The translations under genes and the position numbers were made by a program. The notes under the pieces were generated by a model, which ran no database searches, had not been told where the DNA came from, and saw nothing but the letters and a program-made list of their open reading frames with translations. Positions 1 to 12,795 of a stretch of 64,000 nt of DNA are shown here, piece by piece (within the stretch, counting starts at the first letter, position 1; every line of letters begins with the position of its first letter). The DNA comes from Felis catus (taxonomy: Eukaryota), in assembly GCF_018350175.1 (NCBI RefSeq), contig NC_058368.1:208136001-208200000 (forward strand). Direction: 5' to 3'.

Positions 1-1204
1 GATGAGCTGTCATCATTAAATATGGTACCGAAGCTCAGAAGAGTGTGGGGCAGAGACAAAGCCAGGCTGCGCAGAAGGCCAGAGGGCAGATGCAGACAGT
101 GAGGTGAGAACAGGAGCAAGGACAGAATAAGAAGAACCCCACCCTTCAAGGATGAGATCTAGCAGGAGGAGCCAGAGAAAGACTGAGAGGCAGTGATAAT
201 GGAGAGAAAGGTGTCAGGGAACAGAGGCTTAGAATGAGTTAAAACTGGAAAAATTGGGAGACGACTATGGCCACTTCTGCTGTGGCACCTCCAGCCACAT
301 AATGACTTTGAGAAACCAAAACCTCCGCTTATATAGAGGCATAAACATCGTGTATCACCAGCATCGCCGTGGGGGTACAAGGACGCATTGGGTGGAGGCA
401 GAGAAGTAGAAATGAACTTCCCCAGTCATGGCTCTCATAGAGTGGACCACATTTATACTGATTTATAACTACAGAACTGCTAATGAACTTGTGAAATAGC
501 AGGTTCCCATAAATGGAAAGAAACAGTACATTGCTTCGATTTACAGGAATTACTTAATTCCAAACATGGTAATGAGAAAGATTTAAAAGTAAAATCTTCT
601 CTGGAACACTCTCATACCTGGAAGAATGGCTTATTAGTTTCACTTCTTCTGCGATCCACAGTAACACTATTACATTTCAACTGCCTGTAACTAGTTAGAA
701 TAATAGTATAAATATTTGCATAGAATTCCCCAGGTCTTTGGATAACTTAGTACAATAGCATAATTTTTTAACATGTGAATAGCTTGAAGCTACACAGAAT
801 TTATTAGGAAATAGTACTAGGAATAACCCACATGCATGCTCTGTAGTAGGGGAAGAAGAAAATACTATTGCATCTACAATACAATTTCAGGGTACCTGAA
901 ATTGTTAAGGTATGTTGGGACGGTGTTTGAAAAGGGCTCTATGGAAACAAAGCTTGGAAACGTGGGATTAAATAATCTTAATTTTTTTTCTCATTGCAGG
1001 GCTTCTGGGAGCCTTGAATGTGTTGGTTTACACTTATAGCTCTAGATAGATGTAGTACACAGCAGTCCCCAAACTTATCTGACCATAGATCCCCATGGTT
1101 TTTCAAGAACACATGACCTACTTTATTGAATGTCCTATTGGTAGATTGTATTTCTGTTCAGAATGTTTGCTGCTCCTACTTTATAGGATCCATTTTCTTA
1201 AATC

Positions 1205-1423
1205 TTTTTTTTTTTTAAAGTTTAATGTTTATTTATTTTTGAGGGAGAGAGACAGAGCATGAGCAGGGGAAGGGTAGAGAGAGAGGGAGACACAGAATCT
1301 GAAGCAGGCTCTAGGCTCTGAGCTGTAGGCACAGAGCCTGACACAGGGCTCGAACCCATGAACTATGAGATCATGACCTGAGCGGAAGTTGGAGCTTAAT
1401 CGACTGAGCCACCCAGGCGCCCC
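1205..1423 (-). mobile_element. Can-SINE (SINEC_Fc-like)
   Basis: Poly-T, (GA)n, and the reverse-complement head ...gagccacccaggcgcccc. Confidence 0.93.
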
Positions 1424-1429
1424 TGTATC

Positions 1430-1730
1430 CTTTTTCTATGGGACTATCTTGCCCTACTCCACTGAACATAGGAGCCATTATGGGACCTACTGTGGCCAAC
1501 GTAATGTGGCTACAAGTCACGTGTGTCACTTTTGAGCAGACACTTCAAGAACTAGCCTGTAGTCCACAGCTAACAAGACCAGCTATGCCAGATAAAGAAT
1601 GTTCCAATAGCGCAGAGGTCTAGAGTGTCCTGTGATGAAATGCAAAGACATAAGGAATAAACCGTTGACATTGTAAACCATTAATGTTTTAGGTCATTTG
1701 TACCACAGCTAACTTAGCCTAAGCTGACTC
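1430..1730 (+). mobile_element. MaLR LTR relic (MLT1H/I-like)
   Basis: gtcacgtgtgtcacttttgagc...gaATAAAcc...tttgtaccacagctaacttagcctaagctgact. Confidence 0.55.
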
Positions 1731-1932
1731 CATCCTTCCTCTAAGCATTTCTAAATTACATGGGCCCGACTGCTTTTATAGGTGTACTCATTCAGTTTCA
1801 ATTTTATAAATGATGAGATATTCTTAGAATTCCTCTTTAGGTTCAGAAGGTGAAATATATAGATTTAGATAATACATATTTCGGAAGGTGACATATACAT
1901 ATTTATATAAATATATAGATGACAGGACTTAA

Positions 1933-2130
1933 ATGGTGCTCAAACTCTTATATGCCTACAAAATTACCTGGAATTTTGTCGAAAATAGACATTTCCAGGC
2001 CCAATTCCCAGAAGTTCTGATTCAGTGGGCCTGGAATGGATCCAGGAAATCTGCATTTGATAACAGCTTCCCAAGATATTACCAGTACAATGGTCTACCA
2101 GCCACACTTTGGGGAGTGTATTGCTCTCTA
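1933..2130. mobile_element. hAT-Charlie MITE (MER5-like)
   Basis: tctgattcagtgggcctggaatgg...aatctgcattt...aacagcttccc signature. Confidence 0.7.
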
Positions 2131-2179
2131 AAGCCACTCATCTGATTACCAGGTATAGGTACCAATAAATGCCATTTCA

Positions 2180-2410
2180 GGGGCGCCTGGGTGGCGCAGT
2201 CGGTTAAGCGTCCGACTTCAGCCAGGTCATGATCTTGCGGTCCATGAGTTCGAGCCCCGCGTCGGGCTCTGGGCTGATGGCTCAGAGCCTGGAGCCTGTT
2301 TCCGATTCTGTGTCTCCCTCTCTCTCTGCCCCTCCCCCGTTCATGCTCTGTCTCTCTCTGTCCCCCAAAAAATAAACGTTGAAAAAAAATTAAAAAAAAA
2401 AATAAAAAAA
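2180..2410 (+). mobile_element. Young Can-SINE (SINEC_Fc) with perfect 16-bp TSD
   Basis: GGGGCGCCTGGGTGGCGCAGTCGGTTAAGCG head, CT tract, A tail; TSD AATAAATGCCATTTCA at 2164-2179 and 2411-2426. Confidence 0.96.
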
Positions 2411-3934
2411 AATAAATGCCATTTCAATTTTTTTTTTTTTTTTGGCCATTTCAATTTAAGGAGGCACCGTGAAGACTCCTCTTTGAATGACATGTATGCA
2501 GTTAGTCACATCACATTTTAGTTTATATTCATTATACTTTGTTATAGTTTACTGGAAAATATTTTATGCACAAAATGGTACTCATGTGTGAATGCCTGTC
2601 TTATTCAGAAAGCCTGACTCTAGGTGACCCTTGGCTCTTTCAAAAAAAAAAAAATCAATCTGCTCTACAAAGATGAAGTTCTATTATCAGTGAAGATCAA
2701 GAGCTATTTCTGTTGCAAGTGACTGAAACCTAATTCAAACCATCCTAAGCAAAACAAATTTATTGGTTACAGAATTAAATGTCCATGGTTTTGAGAGAAC
2801 GAAGTTTGTTGCTGGTTAAGCAGGCAGCATGTGTTAGAACTGGAGACCACACCTGCCTATGGGAGGGTCCCATAATGGCTCCTGTGCCTTAGGAGGGGGA
2901 GACGTTAATAAGAGGGCCAAATGAAGATGGTGTGCGGGTTCTGAGGGAGGAAGACCCAGTAAGCAAGGCACTACCTGGAGAGTCTGGGGACAGGTGAAGG
3001 ACAGTCTACTCAGGTGATTTGTACTGGGGAAGTTTGGCATGTGTGACTAAGTGGAAGTCTTGGAAGCTGGTTAAGAAAGTAGGGAGGTAGACAGAGTAAA
3101 GGGTGTCAATCAGTTGGAATCAAGGCTTTACTTACAGTTGGATATAGATGCTCAAAAGATGGCTTCAAGTATCTACTTTTTTCCACCTCTCAGTTCTGCT
3201 TTCCTCCATGTTACTTCACTCTCAGGCAGAATTTCCCATGAGGAGCAAGATGGTGACCATCAATTTAGTAATCCCCAAGCTGGATCTCATTGGTATGGCT
3301 TGGGTCAAGGCCAATCTTTGGCTCCATCACGGTGGCCAGAGATGCCCTGTTTGACCAGGACTGGGCTGTGTGCCCATCTCTGCAGACAGGGATGAGGTTA
3401 CAGTTATCTAAATCACAAAGGTTTCCCAAAGGGAAATTGGGACTCTATTCCCAGCAGCAAGGGAGCAATGAAGACCGTGCAGGCAAAATTCAATCTGTCC
3501 ACTGTAGACTTAATGATACTTTTCTTACTCTGGATTAGCAATCTGACAGGAAAGGGAGCTCACACACTGGATTTTTTTTCCCCCAAAGGACAACAAATGA
3601 ATAAAGAAAACAATTTCAAAGCAAGCCAGCAAGCGAAATGTTTAAAGTAAACAAACCATATCTATCCCTTTCTGGGAAAATATCAGAGAAGAACTCAGTG
3701 TTTTAGACTGCAGTTAGGTCTCATGGCAGTCGCAAGAACCTGTGTTTTCTTCTTCAAGATTGCCTGTTAATAAAATTTTTCCCATAGATATGTTGAACCT
3801 GCATACTTTTTAACCTTGCTTTAAATTCACTATTGTGTAGTTTACACGGAAGCCAGATTTTCTACAGATGCATAAAGTTTAAGGGGGAAAATGCTGGCAA
3901 CCTCTTGTCTATGTAAGTTAATTACTACGGGCTA

Positions 3935-4158
3935 GGGGCGCCTGGGTGGCGCAGTCGGTTAAGCGTCCGACTTCAGCCAGGTCACGATCTCACGGTCCGT
4001 GAGTTCGAGCCCCGCGTCGGGCTCTGGGCTGATGACTCGGAGCCTGGAGCCTGTTTCCAATTCTGTGTCTCCTTCTCTCTCTGCCCCTCCGCCATTCATG
4101 CTCTGTCTCTCTCTGTCCCAAAAATAAATAAACGTTGAAAAAAAAAAAAAAAAAAGAG
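3935..4158 (+). mobile_element. Young Can-SINE (SINEC_Fc) with perfect 15-bp TSD
   Basis: TSD AATTACTACGGGCTA at 3920-3934 and 4159-4173; long A tail. Confidence 0.96.
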
Positions 4159-6507
4159 AATTACTACGGGCTAGAATCAGAGCCATTTCCTGCAGAGTTC
4201 TAAAAGTACCATGGAGAGAAGCAGTTCAGTCCTCATTATGACTTCTATTGACTCATGATTTTTAACCAAGATGATCTGCACGAGATCTCTTTACAGACAA
4301 AGGTTTTGGACTCAGATTCGCCTTTCCCCTTATGGCGCCCACTGTCACTTGTGTGGTCTTATGGAACAATTTAGGGGAAGGAAGCTTATGAGTGAAGTTA
4401 TTTCTCCATTGACCTATTCTTTTACCTTTTTTACCTTTTTCCTCTGCTTGTTCCCCCTAGCATAAGTAGACTCCCATTCTTATATTTTTGTTTGTGTACC
4501 GGGTTAGTGTGATGCCTTGTATACGAGTGTTCAATAAATGTCACTAATTAATGACTCAGCCCGATATCAACATGTTTTGCATTATGCCACCATTCACTGA
4601 ACTGCAGAGTCATTTCTGAGACAAGTCAGAGCTCTGCCAAGATCTATTGGACGTTTTACCAGAGACTTGGAAAATTCCAAAAATGAGATTATTTTTTAAG
4701 TGTGGCTTCTTTTTTAAAAAGCCAAAACATAACAGCCACTTTTATTTGTTAATGCTCAAAATATAAAGTGGAGAACAATTAAGAAAGTGAGGTTTATATG
4801 GGAAGACTGTTAAATGCCATCTAGTTGTTGACAGCTTTGGCACTCAAGATTCCAACATCTGACTGCAGAGAAATCTCTCTGATGCATATAATCTATATAT
4901 AACTTGTGTAATCGTGCAGATCAGGCAATTTCTGCCCTTCCTCCCTTCACCTTTCCTCCTCTGCAGAGCTGACACGGCAACAAGTGTATTTATCATTTTC
5001 GGGCCATTGGAGAAAACACAGAATCAGCCAGGAAACCAGATTCCTGTCCTGCCCCTGCAGCCTATAGGCCATTGTGAAGGTGATAAATAGCTGTCATCCT
5101 GCATAGCATTCGGGAACTGAAAAGTTCAAGGGCATGGAGGGCTCATCTGTGCCTGCCCCTTCCTTTGGTAGCTTGTAGGAAAGCTGTTAGGAGTCAGAGT
5201 GGGAAGAGAGAGGAGGGAGGAGAGTGAGTTGGCTGCTTATCATGGCTAGATGTCCAGAAACCAAATCGTAACAGGCTTTTCGACTGGTGTCCTTGAATTC
5301 CTTGAGCGATTCATGAAATTCTTATAACCTCAAATATCTGTGTGTCATCAGTGTCAGTTCAAATCATGGACGCCACCGACAGCTTGATAGGCGACCTTCC
5401 GTTTTATCACAGACAAGTGCACTATCGTTCCATTAATTATGTTGCTTAGGTGAGCACTTTGGGATTATATATCTGTAGATCTGTTTCCAGTTAAAAATTT
5501 CGTTTTCAGAGTGTTGCTTTACCAGTTGTCACAAATGTATGCCTCGGTTGTGTCTGGGTTTTGCCCCAAGTGCGTCCAAGCACAGCTGAGGTTACTTGAT
5601 TCTCTCTTATCACAGGCAACTGACTACTGTACCCAGAGAAGTCCCTGCTGACATGATTGTGACGCCTGCCAAAGACTCTGTCTCATGTCATGTTGACGCA
5701 GTAAAAATGATGACCGGCCTGACTCCAAGTCGTCCTTCACTAGAGGCTCTCGCGGCGTGTTGACTCTTGGCACTTACAGTTGTTTGCTTATTGAAAAGGT
5801 GTCAGGTTTCTATGGCTCCGAGTGCTGGCTCTCATTACAGTCAAGTGGAAGCAAGAAAATTCAGGCAAGCCTTTCATGGAAAGAGAGGCCTGCCACAATT
5901 TCAGGTTTCATGGTAAATGAACAGAGAGAAGGGGGATGCAATCTCTCTTGACTTTTCCAAGATTTTGACAGAAGGAAGTTGTGGAGTTGAGGATGCGGGT
6001 AGGTCATGTTACTGCTGGAGACCAGACCTGCCTTCATCTCTGAGACGGTTGTGGGTGAGCGTGTTGCTGGTGGGGTAGGAGCAGAGGGAGGGATGAGGAC
6101 AGTGTGCGGGTCCAGTGTGAAGGCAGAACCCTGTGTCCAGGGTCACAGAACCTAGAGAATCCAGGGACAGAAAGGTGGCAATCCAGGGAAGTAGTCTGTG
6201 CTCGGAAGGTTAGCTAAGGTGAATGTCCCGGCAGGTGGGCTAAGCAGGACTAGAAGTAGTGGGAATGAGGTAGTCGGGATCAAGAGCACTATTCGTCCAA
6301 AGCTGTGGCACCATCTGGGATTAAAGGATAGATTCTAATCTCGAGAGGGGTGCTAGAGTCTACAAGGAGAGCAGTAAGACAGGAAAAGCACCGTGATTAA
6401 ATCCTGAAAAATCCAGTTATAACAGTGGCTTGGTCACAGAAGAGTGAGGAAAGGAGAGCTAATATCCATGGATCGCATGGCAGACATTGAACTGGGCTAT
6501 AGATTTC

Positions 6508-7200
6508 AGTCATTCATTTACTCAACAAGTTTTAATTGAGCACTGACTATGTGCCAAACACTGTTCTAGGCACAGGGGATAGAAGAAGCAGCGAAGAAAA
6601 CAAAACCCTTGCTTCCTTGGATCTTACATATTCATAGGGGAGACAGAAAACAAACAAAATAAACTTTTTTACTAGGTTAGAGGGTAATGTGTTCTCTGAA
6701 GGAAAATAATGCAAGGTACAGATAAGAAGTACAGAGGATTAAAAGTTTTAATTTTTTTAATGTTTATTTTTATTTTTGACAGAGAGAGAGAGACAGAGCA
6801 TGAGTGGGGGAGGGGCAGCAAGAGAGGGAGACACAGAATCTGAAGCAGGCTCCAGGTTCTGAGCTGTCAGCACAGAGCCCGACGTGGGGCTCAAACTCAC
6901 AGACCGTGAGATCATGACCTGAGCCGAAGTCGGACGCTCAACCGACTGAGCCACCCAGGAGCCCCATGGATTAAAATTTTTAATAAGGAGGCCAGGGAAA
7001 GCCTCACTGAGAAGGTGACCTTTGGGAAAATCCTTCCAGGAGTGGGTGCAAGCCATACAGATACCTGGAGGAAGAATATTACAGGCAGAGGAAAGATCAG
7101 GTGCAGAACTGAGGTGCCTGGCACACTCAGAGAACAGCAGGGAGGCCAGACAGACGGATCTGTGCAAAGGAGAGGCAGGACAGAAGATGAGGGAGGAAGC
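6508..7200 (-). mobile_element. L2 relic (3' end), split by a SINE
   Basis: cattcatttactcaacaag...ttgagcactgactatgtgccaaacactgttctaggcac is typical of the L2 terminus. Confidence 0.7.
6752..6965 (-). mobile_element. Can-SINE inserted in an L2 relic
   Basis: Reverse SINE with near-perfect TSD GGATTAAAA(G/T)TTTTAA. Confidence 0.93.
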
Positions 7201-7504
7201 AGCTGACAATGGAGGTCAGGAAAACATCTAAGTCCTTTTAGGACAGACAGTATTTCTCAACTGGGATCAACTTGTTTCCAAGGGGACACTTGGCAGTGTC
7301 TGGAGACATTTTTGGTTGTAACAACTGGAGGCTGCTTGCCCTGAGCAAGACTTTAAACAGTCCAAAGTGGCATCTTTACACGCATAGGAAGCTCACATCA
7401 GGCCAAATAGTGGGTGGCCAGTACATTGGATGGTGGATTCGATTTCAAACCAGTCTCTGTAAACTGAAGTTGTCTGAAATAGATAGGAAGTTGTTTTGTA
7501 AAAC

Positions 7505-8300
7505 CTATTACTGAAGTATAATACACATAAAGAACAGTGTACATATCACAAATGTACATGTTGATGGATTTTTATAAGCAAACACCAATGCATAACAAGC
7601 ATCCACATCAAGAAACAAAACATGATCAGTCCCCTGAAAATCCCTCCACTCCCCACCCCCTCCAATCACTACTCTTCCAAGAGCAGCCACTCTTCTGTCT
7701 TTGATTATTTTTTATTTTTTTTTAATTTTAATGTTTACTTACTTTGGAGAGAGACAGAGACAGAGCACAAGTGTGTGTGTTTGGGGGGGGGGGGGCGGGG
7801 CAGATAGAGAAAGAGGCACAGAACCCAAAGCAGGTTCCAGGCTCTGAGCTGTGCGCAGGGCTTCAACTCACACTGTGAGATCATGACCTGAGCCAAAGTC
7901 AGATGCTCGACCAACTGAGCCACCCAGGCGCCCCTACTCTTCTGACTTTTAATACCATAAATTCTTTTGCTAGTTGTGGAGCTTTTATAAATGGAATCAT
8001 GTAGCATATACTTGACTTCTTCCCCTTAACATTGTGTTTGGGAGATTCATCCATATTGTCGTGTAGACCATAACCATTCATTCTCATTGTTATACAATAT
8101 GCCATTGTGTGAAAGAAAATAGTTGATCTATTCTACTTGGATGGGCATTTGGATAGTTTCCAGTTTGGAGTTATTACGAGTACTGCTGCTATGAAAATTC
8201 TAGTACACGCCTTTTGGTAAACATGTACACATTTCTGTTGGGTAAACATGTAGGAATGGAATTTTAGGGTTACAGGAGAGAAAAGAAGTCTTGATGAGAT
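7505..8300 (-). mobile_element. Ancient L1 (L1M-type) 3' region, interrupted by a SINE
   Basis: Typical antisense L1 3' motifs (aaatggaatcat, gagattcatccat, gatgggcatttggatagtttccagtttgg). Confidence 0.8.
7705..7934 (-). mobile_element. Can-SINE nested in an L1 relic
   Basis: Reverse SINE; imperfect TSD ACTCTTCTG(T/A)CTTT. Confidence 0.92.
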
Positions 8301-8333
8301 GAAATGTAGCATATTGTAGCCAGGGCAGTGAAA

Positions 8334-8481
8334 ATAGAGATAGATAGAGATAGAGATAGAGATAGAGATAGAGATAGAGATAGAGATAGAGATAGAGATA
8401 GAGATAGAGATAGATAGAGATAAAAATAGAGATAGAGATAGAGATAAAAATAGAGTTAGAGATATAGAGATACATATACAT

Positions 8482-8533
<52 letters not shown>
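8334..8533. repeat. Compound hexanucleotide microsatellite (TAGAGA)n(TACATA)n
   Basis: Directly visible. Confidence 0.97.
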
Positions 8534-9521
8534 GATAGAGGAGGTATGGGTAGGTTCAAGAATGGAAGAAGAAGTTCAGAGCTCAGGAAAGAAAAGGCAA
8601 TGATGTGAAATAGAGTGTGGTTTAAGCTAAGGAGAACGATGGTGTGTGGAGGTCGGTCAGCATGTAGCTTATGGAAATCAAATAGCAGCTATGTGGGGCA
8701 GCAAAGGGCTTGGGTAGGTGTCAAACAGGCCGAAGTTTGAAGCTTGCTCTGCCAAATGTGACTGTGTATCACCTGATAGATCGAAGCTTTGACTTTCCAT
8801 TGCAGGAAATAGAGGTTGTTGAAAGATGAAATCCATTTACTCCACAACTATTGATCGAATATCTACCTGTGTGCAGCATACTGGGGATTCGGTGGTGACC
8901 CAAAAATAAGAGTCCTTGACCTTGTTGATTTTACTGGTAAGGAATAGAGTAAACAATGATCATTTCATTACAATTATGGTAAATACAATGAAGGAATCTA
9001 ACTTAAACTGGTGGTGGTCAGGGAGGAGTATCTGGGGCCAAGTAGGCATGAGTCCGGCCAAGAGTTGGGGATGAGAAATTCCAGGCGGATGTAACAGTAT
9101 GCAGGAAAGCTAAGGAGGCATGCTCTAAGGAGCATGGCATGTGTGAGGAAAAGAGTGAATAAGAATGCAAAGGGAAGAACAGGGGCAGATTTGATGGGAA
9201 GGGCAGGAAGAACCTTTAAGTGATGAGCTTTACTTTAATCATTAAGCACTCTAAACTGGAAGTAAGGAGAGGGCTGGTGGAAGAAGCAGGACTGGTGGCA
9301 GAATCACATAAGTGCAAAAATGTAGGTTGATTCATGAATTTGCAGTTCAATATTCACCCATGAATTCAAATACCTTTACGGGATGAGGAACCACCAAGTG
9401 AATCCGGTCATGTCTGAAATTATTTGGGTATCAATAACTAATGAATGGATGAATATATAAATAGTAGTTTATGAAGTTAACATAATCTACAAAAATTGTG
9501 TTTAAGATTATTCAATCCTCT

Positions 9522-9738
9522 GGGGCACCTGGGTGGCTCAGTCGGTTAAGCATCCGACCTCGGCTCAGGTCATGATCTCGAGGCTCATGAGTTCAAGCCC
9601 CGCACCAGGCTCCGTGCTCACAGCGTGGAGCCTGGAGCCTGCTTTGGATTCTGTGTCTCCCTCTCTCTCTGCTCCTCCCCTGCTTAAACTCTGTCTCTCT
9701 TTCAGAAATAAATAAACATTAAAAAAAAAACTTAAAAA
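9522..9738 (+). mobile_element. Can-SINE
   Basis: Typical head and tail; imperfect TSD AAGAT(T/G)ATTCAATCC. Confidence 0.93.
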
Positions 9739-10758
9739 AAGATGATTCAATCCCCTTTGCTCTGATATTGACTTAGTTCTGTAAGTAGATTTCCATTCTG
9801 AGCATAGTAGCTCGTATTTATTGTGTTGCTATGCACCAACTTCCATTCTCAGCAGTGCCTAACGTGTATTCTCTCATTTAATACTCATCACAACAACTCA
9901 GGAGGTCCATTTTATTATTATTTGTGTTTTACTGATGGGGAAGTAGATGCCGAAAAATGCACTGATCCACTTGCCCCAGCTCACCCAGTTAGTAAGCATG
10001 GCCTCAGGAATCTCCCAGGCAGTCAGATTTCGGCCCACAAACTCTCAATGACTACTCTTTATAGCCTCCAGAAAGAGGTCACCAACAAGCCAACACCAAC
10101 ATCTGGTTGGTTTGATTGCTCCATTTCTCATTTTGAATTAACATGTTAGCAGTGTGCACTGCACATTCATCTCTTGTGAGCTGATTAGTAGGATTCATTT
10201 CCCAAGGGCCTCATCCCCTAATAGTGGACTAAGAAGGCGGAGCTTCCGAACCAGCAGACCTAGTGGTGGATCAATCACTGGACCTCAGGAGAGTCATGTG
10301 AGTAGAGATTGGGGAGGTAGGCAGGATCCGAATCCTACAGGCCTTGTGGACCATGGAAGTGTCTCAGACTGTTCTCTTAGTGCAGAGGAACGGGGTGTGA
10401 TTGGTTAGGAGGTGATCGCAACAGTCCGGGTGAGGGATGCTGGCCACTTATACCAGTGTGATAGCCGCTAATGGAGATGAAATGAGAGATTCTGAGTAAA
10501 AGGCCTTGCATAATGCTTGGCACATAGTAGGCACACGGTAAGGGGCAGCTGTAGTTAACAACTAAGGCATATTCATTTCAGTCTGGCAGGGCAAATTTCA
10601 TGGCTTGGAAACTGCTGCCTAAAGCACGGCGTTGAGAAAGATACCAAATGTCTTTCAGACCTGCATGAAAGGAGGAATAGCGGTGGCTGCCGTGAGCTCT
10701 GGATAAGCAGCTGGTCGCACACACACGGAGGATTGCTTTAATAATGATTTGCAGGTAA

Positions 10759-10968
10759 GGGTGCTTGGGTAGCTCAGCCAGTTGACCATCCGACTTTGGC
10801 TCAGGTCATGATCTTACGGCTCATGAGTTCGAGCACCGCATCGGGCTCTGTAATGACGGCTCAGAGCCTGGAGCCTGCTTCGGATCCTGTGTCTCCCTCT
10901 CTCTCTCTACCCCTCCCCTCCTTGCTCTCTGTCTCTGTCTCTCTCTCTCAAAAATAAATGAACATTAA
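10759..10968 (+). mobile_element. Can-SINE
   Basis: 19-bp TSD AATAATGATT(T/A)GCAGGTAA at 10740-10758 and 10969-10987. Confidence 0.93.
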
Positions 10969-12584
10969 AATAATGATTAGCAGGTAAAGACAAGAGTCTT
11001 ATACAGATGATTTTGAGTCATTTTTCTCAGTATAATAATATTAAAATATGAAATCTTGTATGATACAGAAACTTTTATAAAAGGATTTTTATTAGATAAA
11101 AGCAATACATGATGAATGGTAGATTATAGAAACTTACTGAGTTGACCTTGGGTTTGGAAATATTCACAGACAATGCACGGCAAACAAAGGTTTGTGCAGA
11201 CAAGTTAGTTTGACTTGGGTCAAATAATTTGTAGAGATCCATGATGCACATCAACGTGTTAAAGGTTCAGAAAAGGAAGCATAATAAAAGAAATCTCTTT
11301 TCTGTTATTGCACCCAGAATTTTTCAAACTGATTTGACTGTGGAACTTATTTTCCACCTGACACTTCCTAACATCTCATTGAAACATGACAATATCTGCA
11401 TTAATATTATGTTACGATAACATGATGCTATACTACAAAGCTTGTAATGGCATCTCTTTTGGTCCTGGCTTTTGTAGAGCTCGGTTAGTGAGAGAATATA
11501 CAGTATTTGTTTTTAGACAACCATTCTCACTTAAAGGTAGTTGGTTTTATAGATGGCAACTTTGCTTTGAACCCAATCACTGACTTTGTGACTGACAATA
11601 GTTAACCTTTGTCCAATGAAGGTCAGTTCCTAGCCAGAACCCACGTTCTGAAGCTGCTTCAATTTGGACGACCCAGCAGAACACAGATTGCCTAGAAGTG
11701 GGCCAGTCCCAGAACACTAGGGCTCATTCATTTTAAAAAGTTTCCAACTTTTAGCTCAGCGCTTGGTGCATAAAAGACACGCCACAAATATCTTTTGAGT
11801 AAATGAATGACCACATAACTGAATGAATAATCACGGTCACTATTTGTCCTCATAAGAAAAGGTAATTATGAGACCAGTAGGTATTGTGCCAAATCTAGGA
11901 GAAATCTTAAATAACACAATCAGCCTGAGAAATAAACAAGATTTCTTTTTTTTTGTTCTGCGGGGATTTAGCAAGTTAGATCTACCTTTGTTGAATTATA
12001 CATATTGAAGGAAATAATGTCTTTGGGCAAAAACTGGATAATGTTATTGAATAAGTTTGTCCTTTAATAACTTGGATACATTTATGTGAATTAGACAAGT
12101 CACATAATTTCTTTGTTTTTTGTCTTCTGGACTAGGTGATCTCTAAGGTCCCTTTCAGTTCAAAAGTGTCTGTGAATCTATTCACTCATAAATGCTATGC
12201 TTTGTGCTTGTTTTTTTTTTTTCTTGCAACATTGGAAAAGTGCATGATCTTCATTATAAAACCAGGTCTGAGTCCAGACTGCAAGAGCCTCAGGAAAGCA
12301 CAGAATTCCAGAATGTTTTGCAAGAATATCTTCACTCATTAAGAAATGCTACTAAGAGGAAAACAAGAGCTCTATTAACAGCTTTCCCTACAGAAGAGCT
12401 GTATGAAGTCCCCTTCATTGGGAGTATGAATCTCAGCAAGGAGTAGTTTCCTCTGGAACAGTCTTGATGAGCACAAGTGAGCACGGGTCAACATGGGGAC
12501 TGGTGACACAGGCAGGTACCCAGTAGCCTCTAGGCATGATTATGAACCAACACTTACATGTGCTCACTTAACAGTGGCTCAGTG

Positions 12585-12795
12585 ACAACCACTGTTCTAA
12601 ATGCTCTACTTAGACTAATTCATTTAATCCTGACAATGACGTTATGAAGTAGGTATTATCATATTCATTTTAGAGATGGGCAAACCAAAGCATAAAACAT
12701 TAAATTTGCCCAGCACTGTGGACCTAGTAAGTGGTGGGGCCAAATTTGGACCTCAACAGTACGGATCCAGAAGCCCTGCTCTTAGCCATTCTGCA
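12585..12795 (-). mobile_element. MIR
   Basis: tcatttaatcctgacaa...gtaggtattatc...cattttagagatg MIR core. Confidence 0.75.

Noticed and set aside
6757..7209. 150-aa ORF and the many similar ORFs containing WVAQSV...VSPSLS elsewhere
   Set aside because: Read-through of Can-SINE sequence, not genes.
8133..8559. ORFs with MYMY, ISIS and YLYL repeats
   Set aside because: Translations of the hexanucleotide microsatellite plus an L1 relic.
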